From positions 146,210,454-146,274,453 of the forward strand of contig NC_133619.1 in NCBI RefSeq assembly GCF_048593235.1: a DNA stretch of 64,000 nucleotides. The letters are read 5' to 3'. Under the pieces are notes generated by a model. It worked only from the letters and a program-made list of their open reading frames with translations. It was not told the DNA's origin and did not search any database. Made by a program: the position numbers and the translations under genes. Shown one piece after another: positions 14,888 through 25,700 of the stretch (the first letter of the stretch is position 1; every line of letters begins with the position of its first letter). Source of the stretch: Sminthopsis crassicaudata. Taxonomy: Eukaryota.

Positions 14888-14895
14888 AGGTGAGT
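14888..14895 (+). promoter_or_regulatory. Retroviral major splice donor in the leader
   Basis: AG|GTGAGT consensus located between the PBS and the gag ATG, the expected position. Confidence 0.6.
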
Positions 14896-14960
14896 ATTCT
14901 AATAGACAAATAAGGAACTTAGCTTGTTAAGGGCTAAACCAGCAATCTCTTATAGCTGAA

Positions 14961-15170
14961 ATGGGGCAGATGTTAGCTAAAAACATTCCCTCGACCTTGG
15001 CCGACTCAGCCCTGACTTCAACCCCAGATCCAGCTTCAACCCCAGCTCCAGCCCCACCCAGGAGTGGTGCTATAGAGAGTATAATTAAGATAATTGAGGA
15101 GCAGAGTTTACTTGTAACCTGGGTACAGATCGATAAACTCTTGGGCACATTAAAACACACACCCTCTTGA
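14961..15170 (+). pseudogene. gag: Truncated gag 5' end (matrix N-terminus); fused to antisense 28S at ~15158-15160 and stops at 15170
   Basis: ATG 116 nt after the PBS. MGQ myristoylation-type start, Pro-rich stretch, then IIKIIEEQSLLVTWVQIDKLLGTLKHT resembling betaretroviral MA helices. Viral homology ends at ~15160. Confidence 0.8.
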
Positions 15171-15356
15171 ACTCTTTCTTCAAAGTTCTTTTCAATTTTC
15201 CCTTACGGTACTTGTTGATTATCAGTCTCGTGCCGATATTTAGCCTTAGATGGAGTTTACCACCCACTTTGGGCTGCATTCCCAAGCAACAAGACTCTGA
15301 GAAGACCCAGTCCCGGCGCACCAGGGGCCGCTACCGGCCTCACACCGTCCACGGGC
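15158..15356 (-). rRNA. 28S: 28S rRNA fragment (5' domain, roughly nt 220-415), non-functional, inside the ERV chimera
   Basis: Minus strand reads GCCCGTGGACGGTGTGAGGCCGGTAGCGG...GGTGGTAAACTCCATCTAAGGCTAAATA...AACAAGTACCGTAAGGGAAA...GAACTTTGAAG...GAGTTCAAGAGGGTGTG. About 15 mismatches in 199 nt versus vertebrate 28S as recalled, mostly C>T/G>A. Confidence 0.93.
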
Positions 15357-15374
15357 ATCTCTCAATGGTTTCAC
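15357..15374 (-). rRNA. 28S: Short second 28S piece (the sequence that follows the long piece in 28S)
   Basis: GTGAAACCATTGAGAGAT versus 28S GTGAAACCGTTAAGAGGT, 15/18 matches. It is short, so less certain. Confidence 0.6.
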
Positions 15375-15414
15375 TTAGCTGGCCCTATGTACTTAGACAT
15401 GCATGGCTTAATCT
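15368..15414 (-). rRNA. 18S: 18S rRNA 5' fragment (about nt 40-86), non-functional
   Basis: AGATTAAGCCATGCATGTCTAAGTACATAGGGCCAGCTAAGTGAAAC. The first 26 nt match the universal 18S 5' motif exactly; about 40/47 overall versus recalled human 18S. Confidence 0.88.
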
Positions 15415-15647
15415 AGCAATCTCCACACCTCCTTCCTCTTTCTCCACTGCCAGAAGAAATGCCCCAATTTTCTCCTCCTACTCCACCCACACAAGTCACT
15501 TCCCCTACTTTGTCCCACTAATCAAGTCAGCACAGAATAGTTGGGGAGGTTCAACCTTCAAACATGTTAATAGAGAGTTGTCCAATTGGCAATTAGTCTC
15601 ATGTGCTCCATTATCCAAGTGCATTTACTCAGTTCTAGCCCTTTACA
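15410..15647 (-). mobile_element. Inverted U3 part of a 3' LTR of the same ERV family (R/U5 missing)
   Basis: Reverse complement of 14518-14745: first 70 bp identical, 16 substitutions and one 10-bp indel in the rest. The ORF track shows the same peptide SWGGSTFKHVNRELSNWQLVSCAPLSKCIYSVLALY on opposite strands. Confidence 0.93.
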
Positions 15648-15668
15648 TCTCCCGCTTTCTTTTGTTTT
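15648..15668 (-). promoter_or_regulatory. Polypurine tract (PPT)
   Basis: Minus strand AAAACAAAAGAAAGCGGGAGA directly abuts TGTAAAGGG of the inverted LTR. Confidence 0.85.
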
Positions 15669-16088
15669 AAAACACAGGTGGTCATGCCATCCCTGACTTC
15701 TCAGGAAGGGAGATGAAAAGCACTAAAGGGGAGTGGGGATTTGCTAGAATGTTTCTGGGTTGAAGGGTCTTATTAGAGACAAGTTTGCACAAACCCATCA
15801 ACATGGGAGTTATTACACAAGCACATAGCAATAACGCAGAGGCTATTAGTGATGACTCTCCCCATAGCCAGTGCAGGCTCGATGAGGTGTAACAAGCATG
15901 AATTGTACATGCAAGTAGTGATATAACAAACAATATAAATCAACACAGTTTTGTAAAAGATTTCCAGAAGTCCTAGAAAGAGGGTATGTAAACATCAGTC
16001 ACACACATATGCCTTCTTCAGCAACCAAGAGATAGTCCAAAACCAATCTATTGTCCATTGCTTCATGTGTTAGGGAATCCAATGATTC
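15669..16088 (-). pseudogene. env: ERV 3' internal region with an env TM immunosuppressive-domain remnant
   Basis: 16082 to 15999 on the minus strand translates LDSLTHEAMDNRLVLDYLLVAEEGICV*, matching the gamma-type TM ISD motif (L.NR..LD.LL...GG.C). Followed by non-coding sequence up to the PPT. Confidence 0.75.
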
Positions 16089-17678
16089 TTCTTATTGGAA
16101 TTGACTTTTCTTTGAATTGGCCTCTCTGCCATTACTCTTGGAGTTATACTAATGATTCTTATAGAAGAAATGGAGTAGTTGAGACCTTTAAGAGTTGATC
16201 AAAATACAACCCAAGACATGTTGCAGGATAGAGACCAAATATTCTCCAGGCCACAAGAGAATAACCATAGCCTCTAGCAAGATTTAAGCTTTTTTGTATT
16301 AAAATTCCAAGTTCTTTCTGGCAGGCATAGTGTCTTCTATTTTGATATTAAGATAGCTCAATAGCTGCATTTTCTAAGGAAAATTGTCAAAGTGGATTAG
16401 CACCCTACAGATACACCTACAACACTTGTAAACCCTAAGCATTCTGACCATGTGAATATGCAATCTACCTAGATTCTCTGCCCCCCACATCCCTTGTTTA
16501 TGAATTATAAACATTTCTCTTTTGTAGTTAGATCAATGTAGATATTTTTTCCTTAATGCCACCATTAGAAAATAAGCTCTTTTTGAACAGAAACCAGAAA
16601 TGTTTTCTAAAACATTCACTGGCTAACATACTACTTCATGCACAATGGACAATAAATACATTTTTTTCACTGAGTACCTGGCACAGGTTCCTTGGCTCTC
16701 TGAGAATTCCTAACAAATAAGAACAATTGGAAGAAGTTTTAGCAGCATATGAAACATTTTCTAAGAAAATCCAGCACGTTTTCTATACAATCCATGTTTT
16801 ATTCATTGCTATTCCTGTTAGAAATACTACATTTCTAGTATTTTCATAATTAATGCTATTGACCTTATGCTTGAATTTAAAAAGTGAAAATTGAGGGGAA
16901 AGTTTGGAGGAAAGGAGAAGTAGATAAAAGATCAAAATCAAACCCAAAAAGATTGTGAATCATGTCAACATCAGTATTAAGAGATGGGCTACTAAGAAAT
17001 CATTTGAGCAATCCCTTCTCTGGAAAGTAGAAGGAAGGAGAAGATAAAATAGGCAAAGGACAAGATGGATAGACATCATTGCTACAGATTTGAGAGACTT
17101 AAGAGTGAATGCAGATCTGACTCTTTAGAGAATAGCATAATCAAGAGAGAAAAAACTAGCAGTCAGTCACCCTGAGCACAGTGTGTATTTGGCAGGAGTA
17201 CACTTATAATGACAAAACAAACCTTAATTTGGTATCTTAAAACACCCACTCATTTGCTCCTTGTATTTAAAAGCAATCCTTTGCAAGTACTTATTTTTAA
17301 AAGTCTGAATGTCTATGTGAATCACTTTTGAGAATACTACACAACTTTATATCATAAACTGATTATATGAATTTATTTTCTATGCATTAACTGGAAAATG
17401 TGAGTATTGACAGGAAGATATTTCAATTCCATTCCACCAATGATTGATTAATAGCCTGCTGTGTTCAAGCCACTATGTTAGGTGTTGAGGTTAACAAAGT
17501 ATCTTCCTCACAGTAGTACTGTAGAATAGAGAGTAAATAGGTTATCACTTCCATTTTGCAAAGGATAAATTCAGCTCAGATAAAATTAAATATCTTACCT
17601 GCAATTCCATAGCTGATAAGTATGGGAATCAAACCCAAGTCTTCCCATTCTGTCTAACAAGGCACACTACTGTGTTAC

Positions 17679-17813
17679 NNNNNNNNNNNNNNNNNNNNNN
17701 NNNNNNNNNNNNNNNNNNNNNNNNNNNNNNNNNNNNNNNNNNNNNNNNNNNNNNNNNNNNNNNNNNNNNNNNNNNNNNNNNNNNNNNNNNNNNNNNNNNN
17801 NNNNNNNNNNNNN
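17679..17813. other. Assembly gap
   Basis: 135 N. Confidence 1.
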
Positions 17814-17889
17814 ACCAAATGGTTTATAACCAAACTTTGAATTTTTAATCCTAACTCTGTTATTCTATAATTTTGTTATGAGAGGAAAT

Positions 17890-18290
17890 ATTATCCAAAT
17901 AATACAGAGAATGCAACGCCTATGGGCTGACCATATAGCCCAATACCAAATGTGAATTTAACAAAAAACTATTTTATGGAGAACTTGCACAAGATAAATG
18001 CTCATTCAGAGGGCAGAAGAAGAGGTACGGGGACACTGTCAAGGTTTCTCTAAAGGAATTTAGTATCGTTTGTGAGCCATGGGAGATGCTGTCACAGCAT
18101 GGTGAGCATGGCATGCTGTCATCAAAGAAGAGGCTATGCTCCGTGGGCACAAAAGAATCACAGTAACACAAAGAAAACCTGAGATACACAAATCTAGAAA
18201 CATCTACATCCCAAATATTCAAAGTCTTTGTAACCAACCTGTGGGGGAACCTTCTGAGTTCATACTGGTCTGATAGCTTCAGTCAGACAT
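17890..18290 (+). mobile_element. RTE-clade LINE 3' fragment
   Basis: Degenerate translation QRMQRLWADHI...KKLFYGEL...EGRRRGTGTLSRFL, with W-E-x-L and AW motifs typical of the RTE ORF C-terminus. Recalled consensus only. Confidence 0.7.
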
Positions 18291-18559
18291 AATGTCATTG
18301 GTTCTCTTTGAGTATAAAGAACAAACAAAAACACAACACCGATGTGGTCTTGATTTTTTAAATTAAAGCATATTTGTAAAAAGCAAACAAACAAAAACCT
18401 TAAATGTAAAATGTATTTAAATTATCCTTCCTGTGAGAATTTGCTCCAAATTTTGCCAAGTCAAAACAGTGTGGGGTATAATACAAATGTATTTTTCCTC
18501 CTACTCCATGCCTATCAGAAAGACATGCATATTGTTAATCACTTTGAACAAGGTTTCAA

Positions 18560-18860
18560 CTCTCAGCTTGAAGTATTTTATCTGGCTGTCTTCCATGCCT
18601 TTCTTCAAGTCCCAACTAAAATCCTTCTTCTGAGATTTTTTACCACAGCCTCTTATCTAGTACCTTTTCTGATGTTAATTATTTCCTATTTATTCTGTAT
18701 AGTATATGGCTAGTTTGTTCATATTTGTTGTGCTCCTTTGGATTGTGAGCTCCATAGGAAAGAACTCTCTTCTTCCCACCTTTTTGTATATTTAGTATTT
18801 CACCAGAGTTCAGCACAGTGATGTATACACTGAAAACCCTGAAGATATGTTTTTTGGCTG
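18560..18860 (+). mobile_element. L2 3' end
   Basis: aagtcccaactaaaatcc...ggattgtgagctcc...ttcagcacagtg. Confidence 0.7.
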
Positions 18861-20388
18861 ACTGACAGTGCCAGTGATTATTCCAAAAACTGCCATGATC
18901 AAGAGGACAGTACTATTTTCATTAGAGATTATAGGCTTATACATGATATAAGTTCTGTCCTCAAGGAGTATTCAGTAATTTGAAAAGCAAAGTGAGTGAG
19001 AATGTACTTCTTAACCAAGCACAGAATAGACAGTAATAAACAACAGCAATTTGATTTTCTATAACAATTTGCAGTTTACAAAATGTTTTATATCCAGTAT
19101 CTCCCTTGCTCTTTACAATTCTGTCTTGTACATAGTGAATAGCTGTATGGGTATATAAGAGATATATCGGTATATAACCTACAAGATCTTTAAAAAGCCC
19201 ATGGATGTTTATGAATATAAACGCATAAAGGAAAAACAAAACCTCATTTCTTTCACATTTACAATGTTTCACTAATTTATTATAGTTTAGAAGGATCACT
19301 GTTGTACAGGACTATACACAATGTATTTGTCCTTTCCCTAAAAACATTATTACAAAAGAGAAATAGCTCCACTAATGAAAAGATAAACTATATCTTATGA
19401 CTAGCAGAATTGAAATCTGGTTCAGGTATGAACAAGAAATTCAATTTGCCTGTGAAGTGGCATTTACAGATTGTTTCTATCATACCTACAACCCAAGTTA
19501 TTAAAGGTTAAAAACGGCACAAGGACTTTATGAAGACCTTGCATATGGATTTAACTGAGATAGGAAGCCAGAAGTTATTAATCAAACAAAATTCTACACT
19601 GGAAATAGGTTCTATGGAAAGCCAATTTTAAGGAAAAGAGTTTGTCATTGGAAAATATACTTAATGACTACTGAATTTTGAAAATAAAACTGAATTTTAT
19701 GTGAAATGGGGAGAGATAATACTGTTATCTTAAATATTTGAACTATATTAATTCATTAAAATGTTTGTTACTAAATTGTTACTAAAAATTGTTACTAAAA
19801 AGTAACAATGATACTGCCATGTGAGAGAAGACTAAAAACATTATGACTTTTTTAAGCTTGAGAAATTAAAGAATAAAAAGACATGTGATTAGAAATATGT
19901 TAAATAGAATGACTATTTTTTTCATTCCATGTCCAAAGTATAGTTTCTTTAACATTGAAAGTTGTTAGACAAGGAAAAAAAAATCAAAGGTTCTATCATT
20001 CTACATACCAGTCAGTAAAAATTAATAGAAGTTTGTTATCATAAAAATGGTGTAGATTGAAAATATTTGAATAGATTCAACATATCAATTTGACAACATA
20101 TTGAATCATTAAACAGCAATTAAGCTCCTACTATTTAAGTCATTAATAGCAAATGATAGACCTCAAAGTGTAATATGTGAAATACTGATAAAACAGTAAT
20201 TCAGTCAGCTTGCAAAGGGTCCCAAATAGCCCTTTTAAAGGTATTCAGAATCCATTGCACTCTTCTGAGGAAAGAGATAAAACTTTTTAAAATTTTTTGA
20301 TTAAAAATCAAATTGATTAGAATTATTTTAGAGTGTTGTCCTAAACATGAAAGTTGAGATGGAGGATTATCATCTGGCACTATGAATT

Positions 20389-20393
20389 TGTGT

Positions 20394-20441
<48 letters not shown>
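20389..20441. repeat. (TG)n microsatellite, interrupted once
   Basis: Direct read. Confidence 0.97.
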
Positions 20442-20443
<2 letters not shown>

Positions 20444-21917
20444 TTACCACAGTGTACTTTAATCTCTAATCTGGTTGAGGACAAAGTTACCAAAAGTGCT
20501 TTTATATGTTAAATTTTTATTGTGTCATTTAAATTAATACTCCTTTAGACTATGGTTTGGAGAATGAGCCTGCTGTTTAAGTGAGGCTGGCAGTGCTAAT
20601 GTCCTCAATGACTCCCCTGCGAAAAGATGTATTAATTTACTACATAGCAGGCACTAGTAGTAAATAAAAGGAAAGAGGAGCTTCCCTATATTTTGCAAAG
20701 ACAAAATGAGCTAGAAAATTAAAGATATTTATCTCCATTATTCTCCTTCTAAATTTTGTGTTAACTAATTTGCAGCCCAAAGAGAGTGATAAAGTATTGT
20801 TCAACTTGAGAGTAATAACATTTTAAAAAGGAAATCCTAGTTGATATTTTTTAGTATGCAAAAAAAGTTGCTTAGGCTTATGGTTAATTCTTGCTAAAGT
20901 TAAGATTCATTATATCGTGTCTTCTCTCACCCACTTTTAAGAATATACCCAGAACCACAAGAAGAATGAGAGTTTTCATTATCCTATGATATATAACAAT
21001 TTTTAGAGAAAATAATGTAAATTGATTTTAATTTTTAAGAAGTTATATTTCCAATAGTTTATCAATTAGTTACATTTATTTGTTTATGTGTCATTTTGCT
21101 GGTTTTAGAATCTTGTGAACTCCTTGTGAACAGGGACAGTATTGATTTTTCCTTTTTGATTGAGTTTCTATAAAATAAATCTTACTTTGTAGTAGGCTTC
21201 CATTATCAGGTTGGGATATGATTTCATAGTAGGTCATCAGCATAGAAATAAGAATTGAAAACCTTGAGAGATTATAAGATCAAAAGTGTGTTGCTACCAA
21301 AAGCAATTCTAGGAAACTAAAATTAGGTGAGAAGAGAACCACCATTTCAGTGATAATCTTATAGAGCCATTAGTAGGATTTCTTGTATCCTGGAATATGT
21401 TAGTTGAGCCAGTAGAGAGTTGATGGTGTGTGGGAGTGGCCACTCCTATGTGTACTTGAAGTAGACTGAATATAGAGGCCATGAGGGAGAGGATGAGCAT
21501 TATAGAAATGGGAAACTATAATAGTCAAGGGAGGCAAGTAGTGAAATTATTGCCAAGAAAGAAGTTTATAAATGTTCAACAACTGGGAGCTAGAAACAAT
21601 AGCCTGACCTTTAAAGAAGGAGGGGTACTCAGTGAGCAATTATGGAAGAGAAAGGATATGAAATTAAAATTAAAGGACAAATACTAAGCCCTTTACTCCT
21701 CTTGTGTTGTAAAGGAATATGAAAGGAGAAACCTTCCTTGGAACAGATGCCAAGAAATATGCTATTTTCAAATGAAAGCTTAGGCTTCATAGAACAACAG
21801 GCAGTTATTAACCAGTAAATTCTTAAATTTATTGTTTGCTAAATATCATTTCAAGAAGAGTGGATATAAAGAATGTAAACACAGTTTCTTGGAACTTGCC
21901 TTCATGTAATATACATT

Positions 21918-22064
21918 NNNNNNNNNNNNNNNNNNNNNNNNNNNNNNNNNNNNNNNNNNNNNNNNNNNNNNNNNNNNNNNNNNNNNNNNNNNNNNNNNNN
22001 NNNNNNNNNNNNNNNNNNNNNNNNNNNNNNNNNNNNNNNNNNNNNNNNNNNNNNNNNNNNNNNN
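21918..22064. other. Assembly gap
   Basis: 147 N. Confidence 1.
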
Positions 22065-22069
22065 TGAAT

Positions 22070-22705
22070 ATACAAAATATTTACAGATCAAATAGAAGGT
22101 AAGGTCAAGGAAGGATTTAGCATCTGGGACCACTAGGAAAAACTTCTTGAAGATGAAGGCATTTCATCTTGAGTCTTGAAAGAAACCAAGAAAACAAAGA
22201 AGTGAAATTATGAAGTGAGAACATTTCAGATATGGGGGATGACTAAAAAGTATGGTGATAGGAGGTAGACTATTGTGTATGAGGAAAAAAACCAACCAGA
22301 CTAATGTAACTGGATGATAAAATAAATGGAGGAAAGTAAACTATAAAAATGCTGTAAAGATGGGAAGGTTATAAAGAACTTTGAATATCAATCAGATGAC
22401 TTTATAGTTGTAGGGAGTCATAGAGTGTATTGCATGTATAATTGAGTACATGGTCTATATAGGCATTTAAAAAATAACTTTTGCAACTATGTAGATAATA
22501 GTTTCTGATAAAGTGAAATTTAAGGTAGGCAGAACAATTAGTAGGCTATTATAATACTTCAGATGAAAGATAATGAGAACCCAAAAAAGAGTGGTGGTTT
22601 TGTCATTGGAGAAAAGGGATATCTATGGATAAAAGGGGAAAATAGTAAGAATAAAATTTGAATAAAGTTTGGATACATGGGTTAATTAAGGATATTAAGA
22701 AAGAG
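22070..22705 (-). mobile_element. Decayed L2 body (antisense); the L1 lies at its right edge
   Basis: Purine-rich decayed L2-like text (gagtcttgaaagaaaccaag, gtagggagtcatag, aggctattataatacttcagatgaaagataatgag). Similar tracts occur at ~7860-8330, 32760-33060, 40860-41130 and 42280-43080. Confidence 0.55.
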
Positions 22706-22710
22706 TTAAG

Positions 22711-25700
22711 GAGACTTCCATGGGCAGAGCTAAGATGATGGAGACTACACACATGTTTCTCTCTGATCTTCTCTATAATTCTCACACTAATTACAGAATC
22801 CAGTCTCTGAATTAGGTCTGGACTGGTAGAACCCATAAATATTGGAATACAACAAATTATCAGCAGAAAATAATTTTAAAGATTGCCAGAAAAGGTCTGT
22901 TTCAATTGGAAATGGGAGGGAGGCAGTGAAGCACAAGCTGCTGAGTACAAATGCCAGCACCGACAGCAACAGAGCCCAGGGAGGTGAAGTCTCCATGAGT
23001 GGTGTGGAATCTGGGGGACAGTGAAGAGTCCCTGTGGCAGAGAATCTACAGGGAGGAATCTACAGGAATGTACAGCAATGTTGACCACTCTGCTGAGAAG
23101 TTATAAAACATCCAACACAAACACAAAAGATCAAACCCCTAAATGCCAGAATTTCACAGGACCTGGCCACACCCACCCAGCATCAGGAATACATCACCAT
23201 TGACTCAGCACAGCTGCAGGAGCTTGGAATACCTCCCCCACTAAAGCCAATCATTAACTTTTTCGTAAAAGTTTACTTTACTAAAAAAGGAAAGGGGATT
23301 CTGATGGTAGACAGCTTTTATGGTAAAAGAGAAGAACAAATTTCAAACTCAGAAGAGACTAAAGGTAGATTGTCTCCAGATGAAGCCCCAAAAAGTGAAA
23401 TAATCTGGTCCCTATCATACAAGACTCTCTTAGAACAAATTAAAAAGGCTCTTAAAAGAGAGCTAAAAGAAAAATGGGAAAGGGAAATGAAAAGTTTGCA
23501 AGAGGGTTTGGAAAAGGCATATACTCAGTGAAATATAGTTTTGATAAAATGGAAAAAGAAAGCAACTCCCAGAAAAACAGAATTTGTGAAACAGAAAAAA
23601 ATAACTCCTTAAAAAACAAAATTTGTGAAATGGAAAAAAGAAAATAACTCCTTAAAAACAGAATCTTTTCAATGGAAAAGAAACATCCTATAGAACAAAA
23701 ATTTAATTGGACAAATATAAAAAGAAGTAAAAACATACTGAAGAAAAATAATTCACTAAAATTGAACAAATAGAAATGAACGACTCCATGAAACAACAAG
23801 AGTCAGTCAAACAAAACCAAAAAAATAGAAAAAATAAAATAAAATACCTAAATGGGAAAACAACCTACCTGGAAAATAGCTCTAGGAGAGACAATTTAAG
23901 GATTATTGGTCTCCCTGAAATATATGATGAAAAAAGAGATTAGACATTATCTTTCAGGAAATCATCAAAGATATCATAGAATATCTGTATATCATAGAAT
24001 CATAGAATCAGTAGATAAAATAACCATTGAAATAACCATTGAAAAAATTCACTGAATGCCTGCTGAAAGAGACCCCAAAAAATAACACCTCAAGGAATAT
24101 CGTGGCTTAATTTGAGAACTATCAGACCAAGGAAAAATATTACAAGCACTCAGAAAGAAACAATTCAGATACTTAGGAGCCACAATTAGGATTACTCAGG
24201 ACCTAGCAGCTTCCACTTTAAAGGATTGAAGGGCCAGGAATCTGATATTCTGAAAGTGGAAAGAACTTGGAATTCAGCCACAAATAAATTACCCTGCAAA
24301 ACTGAGCATTTTTCTATCAGGGAAAAAGATGGACATTCAATGAAACTGGTGAATTCCATTTATTTTTGATGAAAAGACCAGAGTTAAACAAAAAATTTGA
24401 CCTCCAAATATAGAACTCAAGAGAAGCATAAAAAAGGTAAAAAAGAAAAAAAAGTCTTGAGAACTCATTTCTTTAATGAGTATTCATTAAAAGTACATGT
24501 ATAATCTGATTTTACTATTATAATATAAAAAAGAAACTAGAGATGGAAAGAGTATTGTAATAGAAAAAGAGGGGGAAAGGAAAAGTGAAATTCTACCAAA
24601 AGTGAATTCTACCAAACATTTAAAGAACAATTAACTCCAATATTATATAAACTGTTTGAAAAAAATTAGGGAATGAAGGTCTCCTACCAAATTCCTTTTA
24701 TGACATAGACATGGTATTGATACCTAAAGCAGGTAACCAAAAACAGAGAAAGAAAAATATAGAACAACCTTCCTAATGAATATCGATGTAAAAATCTTAA
24801 ATAAAATATTAACAAAGAGATTACAGATAATCATCCCCAGAATAATACATCATTATCAAATAGGATTTATACCAGGAATGCAGGACTGATTCAATATTAG
24901 GAAAACTATTAGCATAATTAACTGTTATCAATAACCAAATTAATAAAAACCATATGATTATCTCAATAGATGCAGAAAAAGCATTTGATAAAATACAACA
25001 CCCATTCCTATTAAAAACTAAGAGAGAATAAGAATAAATTGACTTTTTTCTTAAAATAGTCAGTAGCATCCATTTAAAACCATCAGCAAGAATTATATGT
25101 AATGAGGAAATATAGAATCATTCCCAGTAAGATCAGGGGTTAAACAAGGTTGTCCACTATCACTATGACTATTGAATATTGTATTAGAAATGCTAGATTT
25201 GTCAATAAGAGAAGAAAAAGAGATTAAAGGAATTAGAGTAGTTAATGAGGAAACCAAATCACTCTTTGCAGATGATATTGTGGTATACTTAAAGAACTCC
25301 AGAGAATCTACTAAAAAGCTATTAGAAATAATCCACAACTTCAGCAAAGTTGCAAGATACAAAATAAATTCACATAAATCATCAGTATTCTCATACATCA
25401 CTAACAAAATCCAACAGTTAGAGCTACAAAGAGAAATCCCATTTAAAATAACTGTTGATAATATAAAATATTTGGGAATTTATCTGCCAAGGGAAGGTCA
25501 GGACTGTATAAGCAAAACTACAAAACACTTTCCACACCAATACAGTCAGATCTAAGCAATTGGAAAAATATCAAGTGCTCGTGGATATGGTGAATATAAT
25601 AAAGATGACGATATTCCCTAAACTAATCTATTTAGTGCTATACCCATCAAACTCCCAAGAAGCTATTTTGCTGAACTAGAAAAAATAACAACAAAATTCA

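Larger units (their letters stand above)
14512..16089. repeat. Candidate 6-bp target-site duplication GATTCT (14512-14517 and 16084-16089) bracketing the composite ERV
   Basis: Identical hexamer directly left of the LTR TG and at the right end of the env remnant. 6 bp is the usual betaretroviral TSD length. Confidence 0.6.

Noticed and set aside
15158-15414. Functional rDNA locus
   Set aside because: Only 199-, 18- and 47-nt pieces, out of order, with C>T/G>A decay and no ITS or 5.8S.
15167-15670. Longest ORF in the track (167 aa, +) as a novel gene
   Set aside because: It is the antisense reading of the 28S, 18S and U3 pieces; its C-terminal peptide is shared with the antisense ORF over the other LTR. 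It starts at TTG and has no coding support.
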